This document shows positions 7,996 through 16,247 of a stretch of DNA of 64,000 bases, one piece after another. This DNA comes from Candidatus Caldarchaeales archaeon. GTDB lineage: Archaea > Thermoproteota > Nitrososphaeria_A > Caldarchaeales > Calditenuaceae. The stretch spans positions 10,105-74,104 of the forward strand of contig JBCNVM010000002.1 in the NCBI GenBank assembly GCA_039630085.1, written 5' to 3'. The position numbers and the translations under genes were made by a program. The first letter of the stretch is position 1. Each line of letters starts with the position of its first letter. The notes below the pieces were generated by a model. That model was given only the letters and a program-made list of their open reading frames with translations, did no database searches and was not told the origin of the DNA.

Positions 7996-8679
7996 ATGCG
8001 GAGCGGGGCGCGCGGTGCTGGAGTGAGGGTCCTACAGCTCAGCGACGTCCACGGCAGCAAAAGAGCGGCCATCGCGGCCAGGGACCTCGTCAGGTCGCAT
8101 GGGATCGAGCTGATAGTCCTCGCAGGGGACATCACGACCTTCGGGTCTGTCTCCGAAGCCAAGGGGATACTGGAAGTCCTAGCGTCCTCCGGCGCGCGGG
8201 TCGTCTACGTCCCGGGTAACTGCGACCCTCCCGAGCTGCTGGACCTAGACCTGGGGATCGAGAACGTCTTCGGACTCCACGCGAGGGCGGTCGAGGTCGG
8301 GGGTCTCAGGATAGGAGGGGTGGGAGGGGGGCTCTTCGCGGACGGTGCCACCTGGATCGAGCTGGCCGAGGAGGAGCTCGAGGAGGCGATGATGCCGCTA
8401 GGGAGCGTCGACGTCCTCGTGTCCCACACTCCGCCCCACGGGACCGGTGCGGACCTGCTCAGGGGCGCCCACGTGGGGAGCAGAGCCGTTCGGGAGTACT
8501 GCGAGAGGCACTCGCCGGTCCTCGTGTCCTGCGGCCACATTCACGAGGCCAGGAGCGTTTCGAGGCTGGGGAGGACCTACGTCGTGAACGCGGGGCCGGC
8601 TAAGTCAGGGAACGCGGCCCTGATCGCTTTGGAGAGTCGAAACGTAGAGGTGAAGCTGACCACGCTCTTCGGGAAGTAG
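7996..8679 (+). CDS. calcineurin-like metallophosphoesterase
   Basis: LQLSDVHG, LAGDITTFG, VPGNCD, VSHTPPHG and CGHIHE metal-ligand motifs in canonical order. Confidence 0.75.
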   Translation: MRSGARGAGVRVLQLSDVHGSKRAAIAARDLVRSHGIELIVLAGDITTFGSVSEAKGILEVLASSGARVVYVPGNCDPPELLDLDLGIENVFGLHARAVEVGGLRIGGVGGGLFADGATWIELAEEELEEAMMPLGSVDVLVSHTPPHGTGADLLRGAHVGSRAVREYCERHSPVLVSCGHIHEARSVSRLGRTYVVNAGPAKSGNAALIALESRNVEVKLTTLFGK

Positions 8680-10020
8680 TCACTTGGGCTTCGCGGCGAC
8701 CTGTCCCGTGTGCCTGTAGAAGTGGAGCATCAGGCCGAGCAGTATCATCGCCATCCCCATGTTGAACATCGAGATGTTCGGGAGGTTTAGGGCGTAAGTC
8801 ATTAGGGCCAAGTACCCGAAGACGACCGTGAGTGCCATTGTGATCCCTACCGCGGCCAGCCCCGCGGCGGGCGAGAGGACGACCGGCCTCGCGGGCTCCG
8901 GCCTGCCCTTGGGCTTAACCAGATACCTGTAGGTGACGAAGAAGCTGACCATCGTCATTACGCCGAAGGAGCCGTAGTAGATGACCGGCTCGATGTAAAG
9001 CTGGTCGAAGACCGTCCTCTGGGAGAAGTCGACGTAGAAGCCCCAGACCGTGGTCACTATGACCATCACGATGCTCGCGATCCCCATCGCGGTGAAGAAG
9101 GGCCTGTCCCGCCAAGAGAGCCTCTTGGACTTGTCGACGAAAGGAACAATCAGGAAGAAGATCACGAAGAGGAGCGGGAGGAACGCTCCGGCCCAGAACC
9201 TCTCGGAGCCGGTCCTGAGGAACGCGTAGATCGACGTGAGGTACCACTCGGGGACCTCGACGAGCCCCTTCGACGGATCGAACCTGATCCCTATCTCCGC
9301 GGGGAACATGCCCGCGACCACGAAGATCGCACCGATCACCCCGAGGATCATCGGGAGGTCTATGATCAGGGCCCTGGGGACGTGGACCGCGAGAAGCAGC
9401 ATCATTAGGAGCGGGATGATGAAGACGTGGAGGGCGTAGAACCTCACGATCAGGTCGAAGTACCCGCCTCCCATGAGTATCGGAGCGATCGAGGGCCCGA
9501 GGACGGGAGCGGAGAAGGTGAGGCCCATACCGATGTTGATCGCCAGCATCGCTCTCTGGTTCAGGATCAGGTTGTACCCGGTGTAGGCCTCTAGGACCGT
9601 CAATATCCCCAGGATTATCCCGGTGACCCATAGGACCTCGTTCTTGATCTTGTACCTCCCGGAGAAGTACTGGTAGTAAAGGTGGAAGACCGCGAGGAGG
9701 ACCATGAAGTTGGAGGCGTGGTAGTGGATCTGCCTCATCACGAACCCGAAGGGCACGCTCTCCTGGATGTCCCTGACGCTCGCGAAGGCCAGGTCGACCG
9801 AGGGCGTGTAGTAGAACATCAGAATCGCTCCGGAGATCCCGAGGACCAGGAAGACAATCGTCGTCAGGGTCCCGAGGTATCCGAAGGGGCTGATGTACTG
9901 CTTGGGGAAGGTGAACTTGAACGCGGCGAAGGGCGTCCTCTCGAGCCTGTCGACGGTCCACTTGATCAGCGCGTCAACGGCCTCCCGGAGAGTCTTATAC
10001 CGGGGTGAGCTCAAGCTCAC
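8680..10020 (-). CDS. cytochrome b (bc-complex type, SoxC/SoxN-like)
   Basis: 446 aa polytopic protein; haem-ligand helices MRQIHYHASNFMVLLAVFHLYY and FYALHVFIIPLLM; translationally coupled to the upstream Rieske gene (4-nt overlap). Confidence 0.8.
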   Translation of the reverse strand: MSLSSPRYKTLREAVDALIKWTVDRLERTPFAAFKFTFPKQYISPFGYLGTLTTIVFLVLGISGAILMFYYTPSVDLAFASVRDIQESVPFGFVMRQIHYHASNFMVLLAVFHLYYQYFSGRYKIKNEVLWVTGIILGILTVLEAYTGYNLILNQRAMLAINIGMGLTFSAPVLGPSIAPILMGGGYFDLIVRFYALHVFIIPLLMMLLLAVHVPRALIIDLPMILGVIGAIFVVAGMFPAEIGIRFDPSKGLVEVPEWYLTSIYAFLRTGSERFWAGAFLPLLFVIFFLIVPFVDKSKRLSWRDRPFFTAMGIASIVMVIVTTVWGFYVDFSQRTVFDQLYIEPVIYYGSFGVMTMVSFFVTYRYLVKPKGRPEPARPVVLSPAAGLAAVGITMALTVVFGYLALMTYALNLPNISMFNMGMAMILLGLMLHFYRHTGQVAAKPK

Positions 10021-10571
10021 ACCCCCTTGACGTTCTCGTCCGGCCTCTTAACCCTCCACTCTCTACCTAAGCCTATTCTCCCGTCTATGACGCCGGTCGC
10101 GAAGATGTCGCCCCTCTCGTCGACCTCGATAACCATCATCGGGAGCGCGTTCGTCGGGTAGGGCTGGAACGCCGCGGGGCCCGCAACCGCGACGCCGTCC
10201 TCCTCCCTGTAGATGCTGCCGTGGCACGGGCACATCATCTCGCCCTGCTCCGGGACGTAGATCGGGAGGCACCAGAGGTGGACGCAGACCCTGCTGTAGG
10301 CCCTGAGCTTGCCGTCGCGGGTCATGACGAGCATCCACTGCCTGAACGGGTCGTTGTCGATCTTCGGGTCACCGGTCTTGGGGTAGGAGAAGAAGACCGC
10401 CGAGCCCGGCTTGAGCTCGTTAATGTTCGCGATCCTCTGCCTGGGGTTCGCGGCGATCTCCTCCCTGTAGAAGAACCTGATCAGGTTCGTGAACGGTGCT
10501 ATCACGGCCGCCACGGCGACGGTGAGCATCGCCCTGAGGGCCCTCCTGCGAGAAGAGCCGGAGTCCGGCAT
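10017..10571 (-). CDS. Rieske [2Fe-2S] protein with twin-arginine signal
   Basis: Box I CVHLWC and box II CPCHGS; N-terminal SSRRRALRAM Tat motif followed by a hydrophobic helix. Confidence 0.85.
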   Translation of the reverse strand: MPDSGSSRRRALRAMLTVAVAAVIAPFTNLIRFFYREEIAANPRQRIANINELKPGSAVFFSYPKTGDPKIDNDPFRQWMLVMTRDGKLRAYSRVCVHLWCLPIYVPEQGEMMCPCHGSIYREEDGVAVAGPAAFQPYPTNALPMMVIEVDERGDIFATGVIDGRIGLGREWRVKRPDENVKGV

Positions 10572-10638
10572 TCCGGCTGTTGAGGTATTTTCCGGTAACT
10601 AATTAAGATCAAGTGAGACCCTGGCCGGCGGGTGAGCC

Positions 10639-11679
10639 TCACCGGAGGACCTCTATCCTGCCCCGGAGCCTCTCGTGGACCTCCCTGCTGCGACCGTCCA
10701 GCCGGACCTCCCTCTCGACGACCGGAAGCTCCCTTCGGTGCCCGAAGACCTCGGTCGAGAGGTACCTGTCGCCGGAGTCGCAGATCACCGTCGCGATCAT
10801 CCGAAGGTCCGGCTTAGACTTCGCGAGCTTGATGGCGGCGGCGACGTTGGCGCCCGAAGATATCCCGCAGAAGATCCCCTCCTCCCTGACGAGCCTCGCG
10901 GCCATCCCGATCGCCTCCTCCGAGCTGACCAGCACCACGCCGGAGATCAGGTCCGGGTCGAAGTTCTTCGGGACGAACCCGTCCCCGACGCCCTCGATCT
11001 TGTGCCTGCCCCACCTTCCCTCCGCGATCACCGCGCACTCGGAGGGCTCGACCGCGTAGACCCTGACCCTGCCGTCCCTCTCCTTCAGATACCTCCCGAC
11101 CCCGGAGATCAGGCCCCCTGACCCATAGGCCACGACGAAGGCGTCCAGCCTCTTCCCGGCCTGCTCCCAGACCTCCGGCCCGGTGGTCCTGTAGTGGGCT
11201 CTGGGGTTGTTCGGGTTCTCGAACTGGTTCGGGAACCAATAACGGCCGGGCTCCTCCGCGACCATCCTCCTCGCCCTCTCGAGGGAGATGTCGACGTCGC
11301 TCTCGCCGCCCGGCGTGAGCAAGACCTCGCCGCCGTACGCCCTTATCAGCTCCCGCCTCTCGACGCTGACGCCCTCCGGCATCACTACCTTCACCCTGAA
11401 GCCCATCACGGTCCCCACGAAGCTGCAGGCGATCCCCGCGTTCCCGGTCGAGACCTCGACGATCTCCATCCCCTCCCTGAGCTCGCCCGACTCGACGGCC
11501 CTCGAGATCATCTCCCTGTAGATCCTGTCCTTCAGCGATCCCGAGGGGTTAAGGTTCTCGAGCTTGACCAAGATGTCGACGTCCTCGCCTACTCCCTCCG
11601 ACTTAGGGATCCTTCTGAGCCTCACCATGGGCGTGTTGCCCACCGCGTCCAAGATCGAGCCGGTGGACCTAGTCGTCAC
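10639..11679 (-). CDS. PLP-dependent cysteine synthase family enzyme (CysK / CysM / CBS-like)
   Basis: PLP-lysine motif NPSGSLKDR, STGNAG, GSGGLISG and SSGAN loops. Confidence 0.8.
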   Translation of the reverse strand: MTTRSTGSILDAVGNTPMVRLRRIPKSEGVGEDVDILVKLENLNPSGSLKDRIYREMISRAVESGELREGMEIVEVSTGNAGIACSFVGTVMGFRVKVVMPEGVSVERRELIRAYGGEVLLTPGGESDVDISLERARRMVAEEPGRYWFPNQFENPNNPRAHYRTTGPEVWEQAGKRLDAFVVAYGSGGLISGVGRYLKERDGRVRVYAVEPSECAVIAEGRWGRHKIEGVGDGFVPKNFDPDLISGVVLVSSEEAIGMAARLVREEGIFCGISSGANVAAAIKLAKSKPDLRMIATVICDSGDRYLSTEVFGHRRELPVVEREVRLDGRSREVHERLRGRIEVLR

Positions 11680-11752
11680 GCGTCACGATCCTCAGCGCCG
11701 TATGTAAAGGTGAACGCGACCGGTCGGCGGTTGTGCGACGAAACGGGCCGGG

Positions 11753-12415
11753 TCACCTCATCAGCTGCCCCTCTATGCTCTCGAGGAGCACCCTCTCGGT
11801 CTCGAGGAGCTTCGTGGGCGGTATGCCGGGAACGCCGCAGAGCACGACCAGCGCGTCCGCCGTCGACGTGTCGGTCTTCGTCCGCTCCGAGTCCCTGTAC
11901 GGGTAGACCGAGACGACGCCGAGCCCGTCCCTCATCACGACCTCCTTCCCGGTCAGCCTCTCCGGCTTCGAGTATCCTATCCCGAGGAACTCCTCGCCCT
12001 CCCTCGACCAGGTCAACGAGAGCCTCCCCGAAAGCTTCCCGAGGTCGAAGACCGAGAACGTTATCCCCGTGAGGGCCGAGACTAGGTTGCAGACGTCGAC
12101 GAGCGGGTTGATCCTTGGGATCGGCCTGTTCTGGAGTATCCTCCTGACGAGGGCCTCGGAGGAGGGCCTGACCTTCGTCGGGTCTATCCCGATCCGCCAG
12201 TAGAAGTCCCTGTAGGCCCTGAAGACGGGGTCCGACTTCACGGACTCGAGCGTGTGCCTCGTCCTCACCTCCTCGTAGACCCTCGACTCGAACTCCGCTG
12301 AGACTTCGGGCCTAGAGCCGACGTCGACGCCCCTCAGCGCGACCGCCCTCACCGGTATCTGGAGCCTCGACCTGAGACCGTCGTCGACGAGGACCTCATA
12401 CTCCTCCCGGAGCAA
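11753..12415 (-). CDS. stand-alone B3/B4 (PheT-like tRNA-binding) domain protein
   Basis: RPSSEALVRRILQNRPIPRINPLVDVCNLVSALTGITFSVFDL matches the B3_4 core. Start uncertain: no ATG, TTG 12415 chosen; the track start 12493 lies inside the macro-domain gene. Confidence 0.6.
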   Translation of the reverse strand: MLREEYEVLVDDGLRSRLQIPVRAVALRGVDVGSRPEVSAEFESRVYEEVRTRHTLESVKSDPVFRAYRDFYWRIGIDPTKVRPSSEALVRRILQNRPIPRINPLVDVCNLVSALTGITFSVFDLGKLSGRLSLTWSREGEEFLGIGYSKPERLTGKEVVMRDGLGVVSVYPYRDSERTKTDTSTADALVVLCGVPGIPPTKLLETERVLLESIEGQLMR

Positions 12416-12941
12416 CCTCCTCGACCCCCTTGACCAGCCCTTCGAGGAGCTCCTCGTTGAAGGCGACGAAGTTGACGACCCTGATCCTTCCACCCGAGGA
12501 CGCGTGGTCGAGGACCGCCCTGCACATCGCCCTCCCTGCGACCTTCGGGTCGAGGCCTCCGACGCCGGTGCCCATCCCGGGGAAGGAGACCGAGGTCGCT
12601 CCTGCAGCCTCAGCTGCCCTCAGGGCCGCGAGGGTAGCCGCGTAGACCTTCCGCTCGTCGGTCTCGCCCGCAGGCCGCTCCATCGTCGGCGCGTGGACTA
12701 CCATCCTGCACCTGAGCCTCCCCGGCGAGGTGACGACCGCTCCTCCGACGGGGACCGGCGCCTTCCTCCTCGCCTCTTCCTCGATCTCCGGGCCTCCGGC
12801 CCTCTTCACGGCCCCAGCCACGCCTCCACCCATCAGCATGAGCGAGTTCGCGGGGACGACGATCGCGTCGGACTGCTCCTTCGTGATGTCTCCGACGTAG
12901 ACCCTGAGGGTCACTCCTCCCGGCAGCTCGAGCTGCCTCAT
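12396..12941 (-). CDS. macro domain protein (ADP-ribose binding / O-acetyl-ADP-ribose deacetylase, Af1521-like)
   Basis: VGDITKEQSDAIVVPANSLMLMGGGVAGAV and SFPGMGTGVGG motifs. Confidence 0.85.
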   Translation of the reverse strand: MRQLELPGGVTLRVYVGDITKEQSDAIVVPANSLMLMGGGVAGAVKRAGGPEIEEEARRKAPVPVGGAVVTSPGRLRCRMVVHAPTMERPAGETDERKVYAATLAALRAAEAAGATSVSFPGMGTGVGGLDPKVAGRAMCRAVLDHASSGGRIRVVNFVAFNEELLEGLVKGVEEVAPGGV

Positions 12942-12959
12942 CGGCCCGGACCTTCAGGC

Positions 12960-13136
12960 TCAGAAGCCGCGCCTTCCGGCCGAGCCCCTCTCCTCGACCT
13001 GGGCGTTGACGATCCTCTTGAGGTAGTTCAGCCTATTCCTGATCCTCGGCGGCGGGAAGTCCTTCGGCTTGGGCTCGATCTTCGGCGTCGCGCTCCTGAC
13101 CTTCCCGGCCTTCGTGACCGAACCGTGAGAGGGCAT
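12960..13136 (-). CDS. rps30e: 30S ribosomal protein eS30 (S30e)
   Basis: 58-aa ORF below the track cutoff: MPSHGSVTKAGKVRSATPKIEPKPKDFPPPRIRNRLNYLKRIVNAQVEERGSAGRRGF. The GSxTKAGKVRxxTPK signature is diagnostic. TTATAT box about 30 nt upstream. Confidence 0.85.
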   Translation of the reverse strand: MPSHGSVTKAGKVRSATPKIEPKPKDFPPPRIRNRLNYLKRIVNAQVEERGSAGRRGF

Positions 13137-13230
13137 GCCGCGATCCGATTTCGGCCCCGATCATATAAGCTTAGCTGGAGGAGCGAGCGGTGGTTCGGTC
13201 AGAGGGCCCTGGGGAGAACCGAGAGCCTAG

Positions 13231-13599
13231 TCACTCGGGCGCGATGAGCACCCTCGATCCGGGCCTGACCCTCTCGAGGGGCGAAGGGTCGTCGACGAGG
13301 ACGCCTATCCTGACCGAGTGCGCAGGGGGCTGGGCCTTCCTGAAGACGAAGACGATCGAGCCGTTGGTAGCCCAGTAGAGGACATCGCCCGGTGACGTCG
13401 AGTAGATCTCCTTCTCGGCCCCCCTCCTGAGATCGACCGGGACGTAGACCGCGAAGTCCCACTTGGCCGCGGGTCCGCTGAGCGGGAGCCTCCTGACGAC
13501 CTCGTCGTAGGTCATGGGGGCCATGAACCTCTTCAGCTCGGCCCTGAGGACGCCCACGCCCTCTAACTCGACCCTCACGCGCTTCGCCTGAGAGCTCAA
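13231..13599 (-). CDS. cyclophilin-like fold protein (Cyclophil_like / TM1367-like family), function unknown
   Basis: 122 aa; LPLSGPAAKWDFAVYVP ... PGDVLYWATNGSIVFVF ... IGVLVDD pattern. Confidence 0.5.
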   Translation of the reverse strand: MSSQAKRVRVELEGVGVLRAELKRFMAPMTYDEVVRRLPLSGPAAKWDFAVYVPVDLRRGAEKEIYSTSPGDVLYWATNGSIVFVFRKAQPPAHSVRIGVLVDDPSPLERVRPGSRVLIAPE

Positions 13600-13684
13600 C
13601 CGCTGCTGAGTCCCCCGACCCCGGAATTATGGTTATTCCCGGCGGCTCGGAGACCGGAGACCCGGGGATGACGGGACGCGTCCC

Positions 13685-14311
13685 TCAGTAGGGATAGAAC
13701 CTGTCGCGCTTCGGAATCGCGAACCTCGGCATCCTCTCCTCGTGCCTCCTGATCGCCTCCTCGTATTTGTCCAAGGTCAGCTGGACGTCGTCGAGGCCCT
13801 TCACGAGCCTCTCTCTCACGTGGGGCTCCATCTCGAACCTGTACGTCCTGCCGCTCGAGGACTCGACGATCCCGTTGACGACGTCGACCCTGAGCGCCAG
13901 CCCTCCGGACCTCGCGGCCTCCCTCAGCTCGAGGACCTCCCGCTCCGACAGCCTGACGCAGACCAGCCCGTTCTTCGAGGCGTTGCCGTAGAAGATGTCG
14001 CCGAACGAGGCCGCGATCACGCACCTTATCCCGAAGTCGAGGAGCGCCCAGACCGCGTTCTCCCTGCTCGAGCCTATCCCGAAGTTCCTCCCCGCGACGA
14101 GGACCTTCGCGTCCCTGAACTCGGGCCTGTCGAGGACGAACTTGCCAGTCAGCTGGCCCCCTTCGTACCTCCACCTGTAGAAGAGGTACTTCCCGAGGCC
14201 CTTCCTCTGCAGGACCTTCAGGAACTCGGCGGGGATGATCTGGTCGGTGTCGACGTCGTCGGCGTCCAGCGGAGCGGCCTTCCCCTCAACCATTACGACC
14301 GGTTCGGGCAC
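13685..14311 (-). CDS. leuD: 3-isopropylmalate dehydratase small subunit-like protein (long, bacterial-type LeuD)
   Basis: DVDTDQIIPAEFLK, YLFYRWRY and GRNFGIGSSRENAVWALLDFGIRCVIAASFGDIFYGN; 208 aa; no LeuC-like gene adjacent. Confidence 0.8.
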   Translation of the reverse strand: MPEPVVMVEGKAAPLDADDVDTDQIIPAEFLKVLQRKGLGKYLFYRWRYEGGQLTGKFVLDRPEFRDAKVLVAGRNFGIGSSRENAVWALLDFGIRCVIAASFGDIFYGNASKNGLVCVRLSEREVLELREAARSGGLALRVDVVNGIVESSSGRTYRFEMEPHVRERLVKGLDDVQLTLDKYEEAIRRHEERMPRFAIPKRDRFYPY

Positions 14312-14354
14312 GGGAACTCCGCGGATCGGCCGGGGATTAACCTATGTGCCAGAA

Positions 14355-16247
14355 TTACCTCGCGAGCCCCTTCTCCCTGAGCTTATCCCTGAGGACCCTG
14401 CTCAGCACCGCTCCGTCGACCCTCCCCCTGTAGCGCTTCATCAGCTCGCCCATCAGGGGCCCGAACGGGTCCTTGCCCGAGAACTTCGGCGCGAGCTCCT
14501 CCACCAGCCTCTCAACCTCCCTCTCGACCTCGTCCATCCCGGGGGCAAGGAGGCCGAGGCTCCTGACGGCGTCCAGCGGCGACGCGTCCGGGTTTCCGGC
14601 CAAGAACGCGATCACCTCCCTCGCGGACTCCTTCGCGGTCCTCCCCTCTGCAATCAGCTCGAGGTATCCGCGGAGCCTCCGGACGTCGACGGCGTCCACG
14701 TTCACCCCCGACCTCCTCAGGTCCTTCATCGTCTCTGTGAGGAGCGACGCGACGAAGCTCGGCTGGACCCCGCTCGTCACGAGGTAGCCGAAGTCCTCGA
14801 GGGCCTCGGAGTCGATCAGCTCCCATGCCAGCTGGGTCGAGAGCCCGTACCTCGAGGCGAGCTCAGCGGCGACCTGTTCGAGCGTCGGGGGCAGGTTCCT
14901 CTCGATCTCCTCCAGCATCGCGCGGGTCACCCTCGTCGGGGGCACGTCGGTCTCCGGGTACATCCTCGCGGCCCCGGGCCTCGGCCTGAGGTAGACCGTG
15001 ACGCCTCCAGCCTTCGCCCCCCTAGTCTCGCTCGGAGCTCCGTCCAGAGCGGCCGCGGCCCTCTCCAGCACCGCCTCGAGTGCCCCCCTGCTCCTCGCCT
15101 CGGGCCCCACCGCGAGCGCGAAACCGTCCATCTCGCCAGCGCCGAGGGCGGACCTGACCGCGGAGACCTCCTCTTGTGAGATGCCGTACCCCGGGAGCTC
15201 GTCCGAGTGGAGTATCCCCTCGATGCCAGTCCAGGCCTTCGCGTAGTCCGAGAGCTCCCTCCCGAGCCTCACCTCTCCGCCTCCCATGAGGCCCCCGAAG
15301 CCCGGCAGCCTGACCGCCATCGCCCTCCCGCCCCTCGAGAGCCAGGAGGAGACGAGCCTGCTCCTCGACGAACCGAGCAGCTCCGTGACATCGATGACGC
15401 GCTGGTTGATCACGTCCTCCGGCCTGACGCCCCTCGCCCTGAGCTCCGACGCGACCCTCTGGAGGTGGAGCATCCTCCTGACCTCGTGCTCGACGACCCT
15501 CGGAAGCTCCTCGAGCTCCTGGACGCCCTTGACCTCGACGAGCCCGCCCCCCGCGATCGAGACGTTCAGGTCCTGCCTCACGGTCCCTATCCCCCTCTTC
15601 ACGCCCTTCGTAGCCCTGAGGAGCCTCCCGATGACCAGCGCGGCCCTGTGGACCTCCTCGGGGGTCTCGAGGACCGGCGCCGTCGAGACCTCGATCAGAG
15701 GCACCCCGAGCCTCGAGAGGTCGTAGACGACCGAGTCCTCCCTCGCTTCGACGATCCTCGCGGCGTCCTCCTCCAGCGTTATCGTCTGTATCGGGACCTC
15801 CTTCTCTCCGGCCCTCACCGAGCCGCCCGTCGCGATCACGCAGGTCCTCTGGAACCCGGTCGTGTTGGAACCGTCGATCACGATCTTCCTCATCACGTGG
15901 ACCTCGTCGACCGGCCTCGCTCCGACCATCCTCGCGAAGGTCAGGGCGATCTTCAGGGCCTCGGGGTTCAGGCCGTGGGGCGGCTCCTCGTCCATCTCGA
16001 CGAGGCAGACGCTCCCCAGGTCCGCCCTGTAGACGATAGTCCTGGCGCGGCGGGCCTCGAACCGCGCCGCGGGGTCGACCTCGCCGAGCTCGCTCTGGGC
16101 CTCCCTCAGCCTCCTGACGAACTCGACCCTCTCGCCGTTCCCGACGGGTTCGGTAGGGCAGCCGCAGAAGAGCTTCGCTCTGGTGTTCAGCTGCCTGTGG
16201 ACCTCGAGCCCCACCCTGAGGCCTATCTCCCGGTAGTCGAGGCTCAG
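14355..16247 (-). CDS. gatE: Glu-tRNA(Gln) amidotransferase subunit E
   Basis: GLEVHRQLNT..KLFCGCPT, GIGTVRQDLNVSI and a C-terminal YqeY-like tail. The first canonical start is GTG 16214, but conserved SLDYREIGLRVGLE is encoded upstream, so the 5' end is extended to CTG 16247. Start uncertain. Confidence 0.9.
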   Translation of the reverse strand: MSLDYREIGLRVGLEVHRQLNTRAKLFCGCPTEPVGNGERVEFVRRLREAQSELGEVDPAARFEARRARTIVYRADLGSVCLVEMDEEPPHGLNPEALKIALTFARMVGARPVDEVHVMRKIVIDGSNTTGFQRTCVIATGGSVRAGEKEVPIQTITLEEDAARIVEAREDSVVYDLSRLGVPLIEVSTAPVLETPEEVHRAALVIGRLLRATKGVKRGIGTVRQDLNVSIAGGGLVEVKGVQELEELPRVVEHEVRRMLHLQRVASELRARGVRPEDVINQRVIDVTELLGSSRSRLVSSWLSRGGRAMAVRLPGFGGLMGGGEVRLGRELSDYAKAWTGIEGILHSDELPGYGISQEEVSAVRSALGAGEMDGFALAVGPEARSRGALEAVLERAAAALDGAPSETRGAKAGGVTVYLRPRPGAARMYPETDVPPTRVTRAMLEEIERNLPPTLEQVAAELASRYGLSTQLAWELIDSEALEDFGYLVTSGVQPSFVASLLTETMKDLRRSGVNVDAVDVRRLRGYLELIAEGRTAKESAREVIAFLAGNPDASPLDAVRSLGLLAPGMDEVEREVERLVEELAPKFSGKDPFGPLMGELMKRYRGRVDGAVLSRVLRDKLREKGLAR

